DNA from: Moniliella sp. 'wahieum'
Lineage: Eukaryota
NCBI GenBank assembly: GCA_003971905.1
Contig: RSEE01000036.1
Location: 372,001-436,000 of the forward strand
Direction of reading: 5' to 3'
DNA: 64,000 nt
Shown here: piece after piece, positions 51,447 through 64,000 of the stretch
How positions within the stretch are numbered: the first letter of the stretch is position 1
Layout of the letters: every line of letters starts with the position of its first letter
Notes under the pieces: generated by a model
What the model was told of the DNA's origin: nothing
Database searches by the model: none
Seen by the model: the letters and a program-made list of their open reading frames with translations, nothing else
Made by a program: the position numbers and the translations under genes

Positions 51447-53013
51447 TCAGAACGAGAGATGTGCCAGCGTGACAGCCAGCAGCAAGGCTGGGATGACGGC
51501 TGTTGCCCCGGCGGGGTAAAGTGTGGCAGCTGCCCCCTTGTGGCCTTTGCCGCTGGAGCTTCCTGTGCTGCTGGAGGCAGCGGCGGGAGTGACCAGGGAC
51601 GAGGAGCAAGGCCAAACACCTTGTTGCAGAAGTTTGTTGCCCGCCTCAATAAAGTACGTGTCGGCATAGATCAACCCCGTGTCGGCGTTGCCACCACGGT
51701 TGTTGACAGTGCTGTGCATCAGCGCCGCCTCAAAACCGGTTGAATCGGTGGCGTTGGAGGAGGAGCTGATGGTCAAGTTGGCCCCAGCTGCTTTGGTCGA
51801 GGCAGAAGCAAAGGTAATCGGTTGCGCTAGGGCCAGCGAGTAGGCAGCGTGCAGCAGTTGCACAGCAGCGGTGGTGTAGTTGGAACGATTGTCAATCGTA
51901 CCCAACGTGGCCAGGCCAGAGCAGCCGCCATCGCTGCTGACACATCGCGTGGCGTAGTGGCATTGCGGGGCGCATCAAAGTCCCAGTACGGCAGGCCGTC
52001 GGAGGGCAAATGCGTGACCCAGTAATCGGCCACACGCTGGGCGGTAGCCAGGTACGTCTGGTTGCCGGTCAAGGTGTAAAGCTGAGTGAACCCATGCAAT
52101 GCCCATGCCTGGCCGCGGGACCAGGTCGAGTTGTCAGCAAAGCCTTGGGCTGTTCCGCATCGATACAGTTCACCGGTGGTGCCACTGTAGTCGCATAGGT
52201 GGAAGGTGGAGCCATCGGGACGAACGTGGTGCTGGATGAGCTTGGAAGCATGTGACTGGGCAATCGTATCCAGGGTCTGGTTGTGGGTGTAGTTCGCTGC
52301 ACTTTCCAGTAGCAGGGGCATGTTCATGACCGAGTCAATGATCACCAGCACCGAGTCCGGGTGGCTGCCCTGGTTGTCCCAGGTGCGGACGACACCAGCA
52401 GCTGGAACAAAGCGGTTGCCCAGCGTGGTGGACATGTTGCTGATCGTACTGTTCCAGCGTTGGGAGGAGGTGAGGCTGTCCTGGGCTTGGAATGGATACG
52501 CCATGAAGCCGAGGTCGTGGGTGTTGGTGGCGCTGTTGACAGCCAAGGTGGCGGTCCAGTTGCTGGCTTGCGCCGCCCAGTCGGGCAAGGAGGGCGCCCC
52601 AGACAGATTGCCTGCAGCGGCACAGTTGGTCAGGCGGTCGTACAGCCCCCAGAGCCCCGCGGAAAAGAAGCCGCTGGTCCACTGGGTGGGTCAAAGACGG
52701 TATAGGTGCCGACAGCGGCGGTGGGCGTGGGCGGGGTGTTGCCGTAGCCGCCAAAGGTGTACTGCGGGTGGCCGGCGGCCGGATCGCGGGTGGTGGCAAT
52801 GCGCCAGAAGCGGGCGGCGAGATTGGCGGTCTGGAGTAGCTCGTCGGTGGGCGGTAGGCCTGCGGGGTTGGCTGCGGTGGCGTTGGCGGTGGGCGGGGCG
52901 CCGTTGCCTGCCCATGTATTCTGCGGGGCAAAGGCGGCGTGGGCTGTGGCGACGGAGGCTGCGGCGGCAGAAAGCAGGCTGACGGCCAGCAAGCGCGAAG
53001 CAGCAGGCAGCAT
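51447..53013 (-). CDS. Secreted glycoside hydrolase family 88 (unsaturated glucuronyl hydrolase-like) with GPI-like C-terminus
   Basis: Signal peptide; QWTSGFF; NTHDLGFM; VLVIIDSVMN; HVRPDGSTFH; TAQGFADNSTWSRGQAWALHGF; WDFDAP; RDVSAA; GLIYADTYF. A Ser-rich linker precedes the hydrophobic tail VIPALLLAVTLAHLSF*. Confidence 0.9.
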
Positions 53014-53622
53014 CGGTGGCGTGGGGGTGGCAGGCGGTAAGCTGGAAGCGAATGCCGCCGAGACGGGCGGAGGCGCAGGGGGGGTTGAGGATGCAAGCGA
53101 GCGTTGGGCGCAGTGGTCGGCTGAGCTGAGTGGCTCTCAGCCTCGTGCTGTACTGGTCAGGATGCTCATCAGTTGAGTTGAGGCAGTCAGCCCAGTCACT
53201 AGCCAGGCCTCAGGGCCAGGGCCGCAGGATAATCGATGATCGCTATGTAATTTCATCCCAGTGTCAGGCCTGCCTGTCGGGTGCCGCGAGGCGCGAGGAG
53301 CGAGCATCTCAGGCGCTGGGCCTGCGTGCTGCTCCGCCAGTCGCTGCTGGTGCGTGCACCCAGCCACCACGCCAGTCTAGCCACCCCCTTCCGATGGCAC
53401 CAGCCGATCCATCGCGCCCCCACTGCTGCTGTGCTGGGCCCACTCGTGTCCTGACGGAGACGCGGGGACAGACAGCCCCCGCGCCCAGCTGTCATGTATG
53501 TCACAAGTCGCATGCAGCGGGGGTGGGGCCAGTGCCGTGCCTGGCATCCTGAGATCGGCTTGCCCGCATAGGGACAGTCATATGCCCAAGCTGCCCCTGT
53601 GCTGCATCTTGCTGCATATTGC

Positions 53623-53649
53623 TCACGCGTCACGCGCGTCACGCGTCAC
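53623..53649. repeat. Heptamer array (TCACGCG)n, core ACGCGT/ACGCGCGT
   Basis: tcacgcgtcacgcgcgtcacgcgtcac. Confidence 0.85.
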
Positions 53650-56600
53650 TGCAGGCCAACCCCGCCGCGTGCAACTTGAACGTTCAATTCAATCCGTCAC
53701 GTACACGTGACCAGCGTTACCCAGCCCGCTCCCAGTCGGGGTTCCGCCAGCCCTGATGCACCTGATGGAGCAGGCAATAGTACTTGCTTCAAGCTAGGCT
53801 TCGACAGCAGACGCGGGGGTCATTGCCACACTACCCCCCCAGCGCCAATATCCTCATCATGTATAGCCCGTCTTTGTCTGCGATGGATAGACCGTTGACG
53901 CTCCGTAAAACTGCGGGTCCATCAGCATGGACTGTGCATATCGCAGCATGGAATGATTTGATGGGCGCGGTGGATGGTGAAAAGCTATTAATGAAGATGG
54001 CCAGGGCAGGTGTTGGAAAGCTATCCAAAACGACGACAGGAAACCAAAGCCACAAAACAGGGCCTCTTGACAAGGCTGCTGTTTCTGCATTCTCGATATA
54101 CAATGACTAGTGCGATAGCAGAAATCATGACAATGCCTTCTCCTTGTCCAATATTCATTCCTGGAGAGTCAAGGGCAGGAATATTCTCTAGCCACTGTAC
54201 TTCATGGTTCAATGCAATACATCATCAACTGTTGGCTCTCTGGTCTTCTATAAACATATTAATTCCCTCTGTCCCCCTTCCTCTCTCCCGATTATTTGTG
54301 TGGCGTCTCCACCTTGTCACCAACGTTGCGTGTTTGGCCCCCAGGCCGCTCCAGCCGACGCCTCAGACAAAATGCACTAAAATACAAACTGCAACTGGTG
54401 TTTTCTTGTCCTGAAGATGATCTCCTGTTGCCGTCTGCACCCAGCCAGTATTGTTGTTCCACTACCACAGTCTCTTGAGTAGGGGGGGGGTAGCATAACC
54501 GGTAAAGCCGGTATTAATTAACGTCCAACTCTCTCTTCACCATCACGGGTTTGATGCCTTCCGGCTCAGGTGCCCGTCACACGGCATGATACGCGTTTTT
54601 TTCCAAAAGTCCTCTTGTCCGGAGGTGGAGAAGGCGATTGTGCAGACATCGAGCACAGCTACGCCGATCGCGCGGGGGGGGATGCAGCATTTGAATGGGG
54701 CCGAGAGTGACCAAGTTTCAAGGAAACTCATCTATTTTTAAAGTGGAGTGTCGTTTGCTTTATACCATCACGCATCAGTAACAGTATGGTAGAAGAGAGC
54801 GTGATGAATATTGGAATGGATCACATGTAGCGCTCTCTTCTGTTTTGGTGTGGCATCCACAGCTGTTTGTCCATCCATGCCTTGAGCTCGGTAAATGATA
54901 TGAGTACTGCACGGGATCTTCGATCAATTTTTGCGCTCATCATCACAGTCTTTCGCCCCGCGTGTGCTTTTGTTAGTCCAGTTGCTCTTCCCAACAATTC
55001 ACTCGGTATGCGGCCTGCCGAGAATAGGCGAGAGGAGGCTGTTCAGCGGCACAAAACAGGAGAAATGCGCACCTAGTAGGCAGCATTACTTCTTCGACAA
55101 GATATCCAGTACGGTGCGCGGCGATATCAAAGCTAAAAAGCTTCAAGTTTTACATCATGGCCACACAGCTGTGCATCCCAACTGTTGCTGTCACTGCTGA
55201 CTGTTTACCTTCTTGTAGCTTGGACACAGAGGAGAAAACACAATCCATTATTGCAATAAGAATACGTGCACCTGTGAGTGTGGTGTAGGGTAGCATGCGG
55301 AACGCTGAACGCAGTGACCGATGGATAGTGGCCCAGGTACTGGTGGCACTTGAACTGGGTCGAATAGGATATCATTCGTTGCCTAACATCTTCATTCGCT
55401 GGTATAACAACAACCGTCTTCTTCAGGCTGGTGACGTACCCAACAGCTTCCTCGACGCCGCCGCCCACATCACGTTCTGTCACACATCACATGATCTGGT
55501 CCCCTCCATCACATATCATCACACCTGCTGCCGGTTCGACTGGAGGCAGGGGGACACTGAGGGCTTGGAGCTGCGGTCGAGGGGGCAGGATACTGGCGCT
55601 GCGCCTGAAGAGGGGATTCGGATCGATCGCAGCCGATCGGCAGCACGCTCACGCTACGCAAGGGGGAGGGGAGGGGAGGAGACTGCCCCGCTGCTGTGAA
55701 CAAGCGGCTGTGGGTAGGGTTGCTGCAAACGTACGTATCCCATCCAGGACCATCGATCTCATCGTCGTGCCTATCCTCCCGTACACGTTTGTGACCAGAT
55801 GCGACGCCTCAGGCCCCAGGCTTCGGGCCTCAGAGGGCCTCACAGAAGAGGCCCTGGGAGGAGGACGCAGGCCGCACACAGTAGAGGAGTTGCGTTCTAG
55901 GACCCTCCCTCGCCGGCACAGAGGCATGTGTGCTCCCACAGGCAAAGAGCCCCGATTGAGTCCGCAGCAGGCCACACCGTCGTGCCACAGGCCAATACGC
56001 CAGCGGCGGCTCCCTCGATCCGATTCCCATTCCATCGCAGCCGCCGATTGCCTCATCCGGCGTCTGGTGGATAATGGATGCGTTGCTGCCTTGGCACACA
56101 CTATGATAGCTTGTGCGCTTTCTTTGCTACCCTAACCCCTGCCCTGTTGTCCGTCGACTACTGGGTGCTTCCAGCCTCTCCCCCGCCCCGCACCACCACC
56201 TCAGCCTCTCCTCTCCTCTCTCTCAGCTTCTTCTCTCCTCCCTCTCAACAGCTGCTCCCTCCCTTCATCCCCCCTGGCTCCTCTGCCACCCACCTCCGCC
56301 TCTTCCCCCCCTCCATTCTGTTGGGTGCCGTGGCGCTAATCCGCTGAGCCTCTTCCTCACCACCTGTGTGCGCGGCAGTTGCGCCCATCACCGCAACAAC
56401 ACCTTCTACAGGCGGTTCTTTTCCTACTTTATCCCCTAACAAAGAGGGCATGGCAACAGTCTAGCTTCTCTTCTTGACCGCCACTCAGCTCCCAGGCGCC
56501 TCACACCGCACTATTCTGCTCGTCTCTGCTCGTGGCTGGCCGTCTCCGTCTACCGTCGTTTTCTCCTCACACTCCTACTCCGTACTCCCACGTGCTTTCT

Positions 56601-57199
56601 TCGCAATTCGCGGCATTACCCCCTACCCTTTTGTGGTGAACAGCGCCTACCATCCTAGGCCACCCGTATTCCCCATCCCCAACATTACTCTCTTGTTTTT
56701 CACCCGTCCCAGCCCGAGTCTGGATCTACCTTGTGTGTGTGTCATCCGTTGATCTCACGCCCTGGGTTAGTTTCTTTGTGCAACACTTTTGTGGTTGTGC
56801 CTAATTTTGCTCTCCAAAACAACAATCCAACACTTGCATCCGGCTCGATTCCAAACCTGTTGACGCCCTCAATCTCAATCTCAATTGCTTGTTGTGCATT
56901 TCTCTCGCCTTGCCCCCATTTCTCCCCCTCATTCTTGGCTCCATTTCATGCATCTGACTTCGCTCAAAGAACCTGGGTTAAAGGCGGCCCTTCGGCTGTC
57001 AGAGCTGGAAGCCTGCTCCATGCCTCTTGCGCAACCAACGGGAACACCCCCGTTCACCTCTTCCCGGCCGAGATCTCTGTCTTGGTCTGTGTTTCTCTCC
57101 CAGCAACAGAGACAGAGACAGAGACAGAGCGTGACGGTCCCATCGACCTACTGTGCTCACCCCATCCGTCCGCGCGCCCAAGGCCCCACTTCCTCTTGC

Positions 57200-59330
57200 C
57201 CTGCCCTCTTCACGGGCCTCACTGTGTCACCCCCCTCGACTTGCCGGAACGGGTGGTTGGACAAACCACTAACAACCCTGTACCGAGCTCGTCCCACAAC
57301 AACGACGTGCTTTTCTCCCCCAGTGCCTCTTCGGGCGCTCCGTCACGGAGCCAGTCCATAACTCCCACTGCAACCCGTGGGGGTGCAAGCGAGACAAGCG
57401 AGACTAGCGAGTCGGATCCCGATGCTGGTAGCCCGCGGGGCGAGGAACGGGAGGGCGTTCGCGTGTCCTCCCACCCCTCCTCTTCCTCCTTCGCTTCCAC
57501 TCGTACCTCGGCCTCGGTCACCACCGCTCTCACCTCGGTCTATTCCGAATCGCCGCCGCCTGTGTACTGGGGCACCGCCTCTCTGGCCGGCTGGGACCCC
57601 TCGGAAGGCAAGAAAACGGCACCGTCCCATCTCGATAGGGCCGCCGCCGGACTGCAGATGCGGGGTGTAACTTCATTGGCTCCGCTATCGGCTACCAAAG
57701 CGGAGCCTAAGTCGGACGAGCGGGAGGGGTCGACCGATTCCCTGGTGGGCTCCAACTCGCCTTTGGGGTTGACCCGCTCCTTCTCGTATCCGATCGCTTC
57801 CCTCGCTTCGTCCGCGCGCACGCCTCCCGCCTCCTGGGACAAAGTCGATCGCCTCATCGTCCTCTCTGCCCTGTCGGGGTCCACCTCGCCGCCGGACCCA
57901 GACCGCTTCCCGCCCTTGCCCCCGTCCCTGCCCACACGGGCAGCCTCGAGCAAACCCAGCTCAACACGCACGCCCACCCCGACGCTCCCCCCGCACTCTT
58001 CGTCCCAGCCCGTGTCTACTGCCACGCGGAACGAGGTGGACGACACTCGCACAGAGCCAACCGCGGGCAAATCCGATGCTGGCTCGCCCCTTCGTCTCCC
58101 TGGCACCGGTTTGCCCGGTGGTGCGGCCGAGGTGCCCCCCGCGCTCATTCGGAGCCAAGGCGAGCCGTCGAGAGGCGGGGGTGGCAGCGTGGGCGCCGGC
58201 CCAGTCGCAGCACAGAATGCAACGCAGAGCCGCGGGGCTCGGGCTTGGGGCCGGGTACTGCTTCCACCGACTTAGCGGCAACGTTGACGCGGGGCGACCA
58301 AGTGGTCGCGCACGACCCCCATCCTGCGCGCTCCAGTACCCCGGACGATTTGATGGATGCCGTTTCGGCGGCTCGCTTGGCATATGCCTACCATCCACAT
58401 CAACTTGCCCTCCATCCGTACCCGTACCTCCATCCGCACCCGCACCATCCGCACCATTCCTTGGTGCTTGGCGCGCCCGAGCCCGAACCTGCACATGAGA
58501 CGGGTGGGCACAGGGAGCATAGGGCCAGCGCCCGGGCGCTCACGCAGAGGGAGACCGGGACGGGGACGGACCTCTATGATATGGAGATGGAGATGGAGAT
58601 GGGGCTAGCGGTGCCGATGGAGGTGGATATGGCTATGGACCTTGACCTCTACCGGGACGGTGAGGAAGGCGGGGACGAGACACTGCTGGGGCTGGACGAG
58701 CAGCCGCCATGGTGGTGGGAGGGCCGATTGCCTGTGCAAGCGTGGTCAGGGCCCACCTTGCGCATCGGACAAGCTCGTACCTCAGCTAACGCCACCGCCA
58801 CTGCCACCGCCACCACAACAGCCACCGATGCCGCCCTGTGGTTGGGCCATGGAATACGAGAAGAGCAGTACACTCTCCGTCTATGTCCGCTCTTGCCCGA
58901 ACCGGCGCCGACGCCTACCGAGTGGGTTCGGAACCTGGCGCGGGACCAAAACCAAGCGGCGGGACTCGGCTCCAACACCCCCGGCCTTCCTGTCCCGACG
59001 TGGGTGTCGATGGCCCGCTGGGCTCGCCAGGCCAGCGAAGATACTTTTCCTGTGGCCCGAGTGTGCTCCCGTTGCCCCAGCGCCCGCTCCTTGGGTGCCA
59101 GCCACGACGGACGGGCAGGAGGAGCCGTGGGACCCCACTGGTGTGGACGGAAGCGGGGATGGGCGGGAGAAGCTGTTGCCGGCGGTGGCCGGGCTGGAGC
59201 GGGCGTGGACCGAGTGGGATTGGAGTGGGGCGTGACGAGGGAACGATTAGCGATTGTCGAGATTGGCGGGGTGTTGGGAAGGGTGTGGATGTGGATGTGG
59301 CCGGCTGCGACTGGGAAAGAAATTCTATAG
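57200..59330 (+). CDS. Hypothetical protein, Ser/Pro-rich N-terminal part and Trp-rich C-terminal part
   Basis: Overlapping long + ORFs 56731-58275 and 58245-59330 joined by a probable frameshift; no family recognised; start uncertain. Confidence 0.5.
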
Positions 59331-59988
59331 CGGCTGCTTCTCTGTACAGCTTACATTGGCTTACGGGGGAGTTCAAGTTGAACGCTGCGTAGCACAGATC
59401 CACCTGCCATGCAGCCGAAGAAGAGGAAGCAGGGGCCGTATATACTCTACGCCGTCTGGGATCTGATCGGACCCTACGCTGCTTAGACTCGCTCGGCGGA
59501 GGGGCAGCACTTGGGCTGCCCCCGTGCTGCGCTCTGCTGCCCGGGGCTGCCCCACGCGGGCTGCTCCTTGCACCATGCCTGCCCGTGTGGCGCACGGGGA
59601 AGGCCGGCGCACGGGCAGTGTGCCTGCGACAGACAGGAGGGGGAGCGTACGCCGGACCAGGGCACAAGTGGCGCCGCCAGGGTGCAGCGCACGGCCCCGC
59701 AAGGGCCCAGTGTGCGACGCCTGGCTGCATGGCCGATAGCACGTAGCACACGCCCACTGTGCGTGCGCTCTTTGCTAGACCATACAACGGTGCAGGAGCG
59801 ACGATCAGCGATCAGACGTTGCGAGGGGGGAAATAGAACGCGCTCCACCGGCATCATCCACCGTCATCGATCATCACCCATCTCCACCGCCCCTCCAGCC
59901 CCTCCGCCATCGCCCTCGCCATTGCCCTCGCCCTCGCCTTCGCCATCGCCATCGCCATCGCCATCGCGCGCCCCCCTCCCCCCCGTTC

Positions 59989-62701
59989 ATGCCCTTCACC
60001 CCGCTGCGTCGCAGCCTGCTTGGCTCAGTGCACCCCCGCCCCACCTCGTCCTCCTCTGCCACCATGCCCAGCCTGCTCGCACCAGCCCCCGCCTCGGCTC
60101 CCACCCCCATCCCCGCCCCCGCCCCCCTCGCCGCCAAGCAGCCCCCGCTCCTTGTCCTCCGCGCACACACATCCTACCTCGCCCGCACTCCGCAGCAGCA
60201 GACCGTCCGCGCCGGCGACTTCTTCCACGTCCTCACCCCCCCCCCCACCCCGACTGGTACACCGTCTCCAACCCCATCACCGGCGCCCAAGGCTTAGCTC
60301 CCACCCATCTTTGACATTCTCACCCGCAGTGCTGCCTTCTCGCCTCCCCGTGCAGCTGCGGTAGCGTCCTCCACCTCTACCCCTACCCCTACCCTTACCC
60401 CCTCCGCCACCGCCGCCACCGCCGCCCTCCGCCCGCTTCATGCCCCCACCGGTTCGGCCAAGCTCACCCAGTTCCCTCCCCCTGCGCCCGGCCAGAGGGT
60501 GCCGTTCGTGCCGGGCCACGCAGCGGGTGCCGCGTCCGATGGATTGATTGACCCATGGACCACCCCCTCGCCTCCCGCCCTGTCGTCCTCGGTCCCTGCA
60601 GCGCCGGCGGTATCCACATCTGCTGTGCCAGTGGTACCCGATACGTTTTTGGGGATAGCCCTGTACGACTTTGTTGGGGAGCCGGACGAGTTGAGTGTGA
60701 AATCCGGGGTGTTGATCCGAGTGTATGCCTATGCCAATTCCGAGTGGCTCGTGGCCACCCGCTTGGACGCTACTTATACCGAGACTCGTCCGGGGCTGGT
60801 GCCGATGGCGTTTGTGGCGCTGATGGACCTGCGAACGGGCCGAATGTTGCCGCACAAACCGGCCGATCTCATTTCCGTTGGCGCCATCCCATCTGTCGCC
60901 ACGTGGCGCAAGCGACAGACAGCCTCCGCCAATCATCCTTCGCCCCCCCGGCTAAGGCCCAGGCACAACCAATACCCGAGCAAGCGAAGGCGTCGGCTCC
61001 CCCGTTTGGAACCAGTCCTTGGCAATGGCCGGCCTCGGTGGTTGATCCCAAAGCCCGTCCGCCCTCCGGCTCAATGGGGACCGCCAGCAAGCCCAAGGCA
61101 ACCCCAACGCATGGGGATAAGGCGGGGACCCCTTCCCATACCAAGGCAATCTCCATCTCGTTCGGCTATGGTCATCGCCACAAACCGGGATCGGCTCGGA
61201 ACGGATCCACAGCTACCTCCATCTCCTCCCCCATGTCCAACCCCACTCTTCGTGACGGTCCTGGATCGGTCCGCATGGTGGCTTCTTCGCCTCCACAAGG
61301 AAGCCTCAGTCCTCTGACCACTTGGTCTTCGTTGCCCGCCCCGGTTCCGGCCCCATTGGCTATACCGTCCTATGGCGTTGCCGACTTTGCCCCCGGTACG
61401 AGCCCCGGAGATGAGCCAGTGGAAACAATGCAGGGCCCTGCTGGATATGGCCTGGACCTTACCCCTGGTCCCGAAACTGGGGTGAGGACCGCGTTTGTCC
61501 CCTCCTTGGATGACGCGGAATCGGTAAGCACGGGACCGACGACGGGCGAGGCGGGGGAGTATGAATGCCAACCGCTCCCGCCCGGTCTTCCCAACTGGGC
61601 CGAGGTGGATGCGGTGCACACAGAGCAAGGCGATTACTGGTACCGTGTCCGTTGTCTCTGGAAGCCCGAGCCCAAGGGAAAAGAACGTCGCTCCCCTCCC
61701 CCGCTTCAGCGCTCTGATCCCTCGGACAACCTGAGCCAGTCCCCGGTGGAACTGGAGCTGTACCGTCTGTACGATGACTTTTACGATTTCCACGTGGCCC
61801 TCATGACCAGTTTCCCGCTCGAGGCTGGGCATGGCCCACCAGGATCGGGCCCCGCAATCATTCCTTCGCTTCCGCGTCCGCTGTCAAGCGGTGAGATGGC
61901 GAATGATGCAATGGCCGAACAACGACGGAGTGCGCTCGACACTACACGCGCAATATCGTTGCTCTTCCTCCCCATCCATCCCCGCTCGTCGGGGTGCAGC
62001 TCTTTTTTGACCCGCGCCCTGGCGACCGGGTGGTGCCCTACGCACCCACATCGCCCCCGCCTCAACCTTCGTCCTTACCCATGCCGTGGCCTGGGCACAC
62101 CAGCTCTCACCTCCCCGTCAGCTTCTCCGACCCGGCCGACCTGGCGGGCAAGCTGGACCACGTCCCCTCTCTTCGCACATCCATCAGGGCTCCCGCACCG
62201 ATTCGGGCAACAGCCATTCCGACCGGACCGGACCCAAAGTGGGGGCAGTGGGTTCGCCACGCTAGATACGGTTCGCCGCCCTTTTCGGCGCTACGGATGC
62301 CCACCACCACCGCGCTTCCACACCTCTACCACCGCCACCAACGCCCACCACGCCCTGCTCGGCCGCGTCGCGCAAACCGGGCTGGACCAAGATCAAGATC
62401 TTCCATTCGGCCACTGACGAGTTGGTCGCCGTGCGTGTCGATCCGGCTACCATCACTACGCCGACTTGTTGGCCAAAGCGCGCGAACGACTGGGCAGCCA
62501 AATTGTGTGCTGCGCTACCCCGAGTCGCTCGGTGCGGGCGATACCGCCGCCGCGGCCATCGCGGGCCGCCGAGGCGGCGTGCCCTACAACGCCAACTCGA
62601 CAGGACGCATGGTGATGGTGCGCTTGTTGGACGATGACGATCTGCGCGAATTGGCTCGAACATGGCGGGGTAAGGCAATGCTGTTTGCCGCGGCGCAGTA
62701 A
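59989..62701 (+). CDS. Bem1/Scd2-like polarity scaffold (SH3-SH3-PX-PB1), divergent
   Basis: SH3a LRAHTSYLAR..AGDFFHV..DWYTVSNPITGAQGLAP; SH3b IALYDFVGEPDELSV..SEWLVA..PGLVPMAFV; IPSVATWRK; PX LYRLYDDFYDFHVALMTSFPLEAG; PB1 KIKIFHSATDELVAVRV..LLDDDDL. Confidence 0.85.
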
Positions 62702-63631
62702 CTCCCCCCCCCCCCTTGCCCCTCCAAAGTCTCGAGAGCCCCGCTGCTGTGGCCTTTGAACCAACCTCGTTTTTCGCTTGACTAGGGGGTCCTTGATTGT
62801 GTGAACGCCGCGCTTAGCTCGGACCCCGTTTCGCTTTGCCGCTCTCGTTTGGCATGGACTTGACTGCTTTCTTGCCCTTTTTCTTATCTGCCGAGACGGA
62901 GGCGGGTTGCAGTGGGCTTAGAGGTATACGACCTGTCGGTCTGTCGGTCTGTGGTTCTGTCAGTTTGTATGTCGGTTTCTCTGTTGATCTGCATGCGGAG
63001 AGGACCTCTTGGCCGCTGTCCCTGCCTTTCCCCTCTCCCCTTCCCCCGCCTGGACGCACACCCCGAGAGACTTTCGTTCGTTGTATACTTGCATACCCTT
63101 CTATTAGCTCGAAGAATATTATAACGAAAGTACAAGCGGTCCAAACAGGGTTTGTTGTAGTGCGAGGGGTCGAAACCTCGACAGGGCTGCCTACACGCCA
63201 AACGGAGAGAGATGTAGGGCGGGTTTCAATCCAAGCGACTAAGGGACTTGGTCGTTGCCTCTTCCAGAGTGGATGTGCATATGCCCTGCCGAGAGGGAAG
63301 AGTCACTGACTGAACTTAGGCGACCCTCTCTGCCTGTGTAGTTATGCCGATTCAGGCAGTGGCTGCTGCTTCGACTATAATACCACAATCAGGGGAGGAG
63401 AGAACCAAAGGAAAACAAAAGAGAATAGACAAGAGTAACAGGCGATGTGGAGATGGCATGAATCAAGAGAGTTGAACCACCCGAACAACATGGTCGGCAG
63501 AGACAAAAGGTCATGTTTGTTGCGGGGAGAGAACGACGAGGAAGGATGGGCCGGCTCCCAAGTACTTCAATCCTTTTGCCGATCGAAACAAAAGGAACCC
63601 AAGGTCCGGCAGGGGGGGGCGGGGTGCACTT

Positions 63632-64000
63632 TTAGTAGGGGGGAGGGCTGTACGGCCGCTGCGCGTCGTCGGGCATGTTGCCTTCAGGAGGGAGGGAGAG
63701 GTGCAAGCCAAGGGCGCGGTTGAGGATCGAGTAGGCCACCAAACCGGTCCATCCGGTCTGGTGGGACGCGCCCAAACCGCGGCCCGTGTCCCCATCAAAG
63801 TACTCTGGCACCGAAACGAGGGGGGAAAAGTACGGGTTAAAGTCCAAGAGGTCGGTGCCGCCATTGAGCGGACGTCGGCCCTGGGCGTCAGGAGCAAACA
63901 GGCTTATCAGCCGCCGCTCCAACTCGGACGCTACCTCGGCGAGGGTAAGGTACTTGCCCGATCCGGTGGGCAACTCAATGGTAAAGGAAGAACCATAGTA
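63632..64000 (-). CDS. Glycoside hydrolase family 63 (YMR196W-like), 3' end only
   Basis: ELPTGSGKYLTLAEVASELERRLISLF..GRRP..EYFDGDTGRGLGASHQTGWTGLVA; runs off the window end; stop uncertain. Confidence 0.85.
   Translation of the reverse strand, partial: YYGSSFTIELPTGSGKYLTLAEVASELERRLISLFAPDAQGRRPLNGGTDLLDFNPYFSPLVSVPEYFDGDTGRGLGASHQTGWTGLVAYSILNRALGLHLSLPPEGNMPDDAQRPYSPPPY

Overview
Eukaryotic, GC-rich, intron-poor fungal chromosome segment. A basidiomycete, probably smut-related (Ustilaginomycotina), is inferred from gene content and short GT..CTRAC..AG introns. Recognisable genes in order: conserved secreted protein, decayed RPB3 copy, divergent RPN10, flavocytochrome b2 (probable C-terminal SKL), GH128 glucanase, HapX-like bZIP, phospholipase C, possible F-box protein, Sec14 protein, ATP1, SEC61, epoxide hydrolase, atypical MAP kinase (SGH instead of TxY), tRNA-Arg(ACG), cytosine deaminase, zinc-knuckle ORF, MP88-like secreted protein, Ecl1-like protein, GH88 with a GPI-like tail, a hypothetical protein, a divergent Bem1/Scd2 scaffold and the 3' end of a GH63 gene. 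Almost every gene, including essential ones, has 1-2 nt frameshifts, often at homopolymers. These are most likely long-read consensus errors, so gene boundaries are approximate. The most striking unexplained signal is non-coding. Upstream/intergenic regions carry many short arrays with 7-bp periodicity that differ in sequence but share one grammar: a 6-bp A....T palindrome plus a 1-nt spacer, giving T-N-A every 7 bp. All assignments are by eye from motif recognition; no database searches were run.
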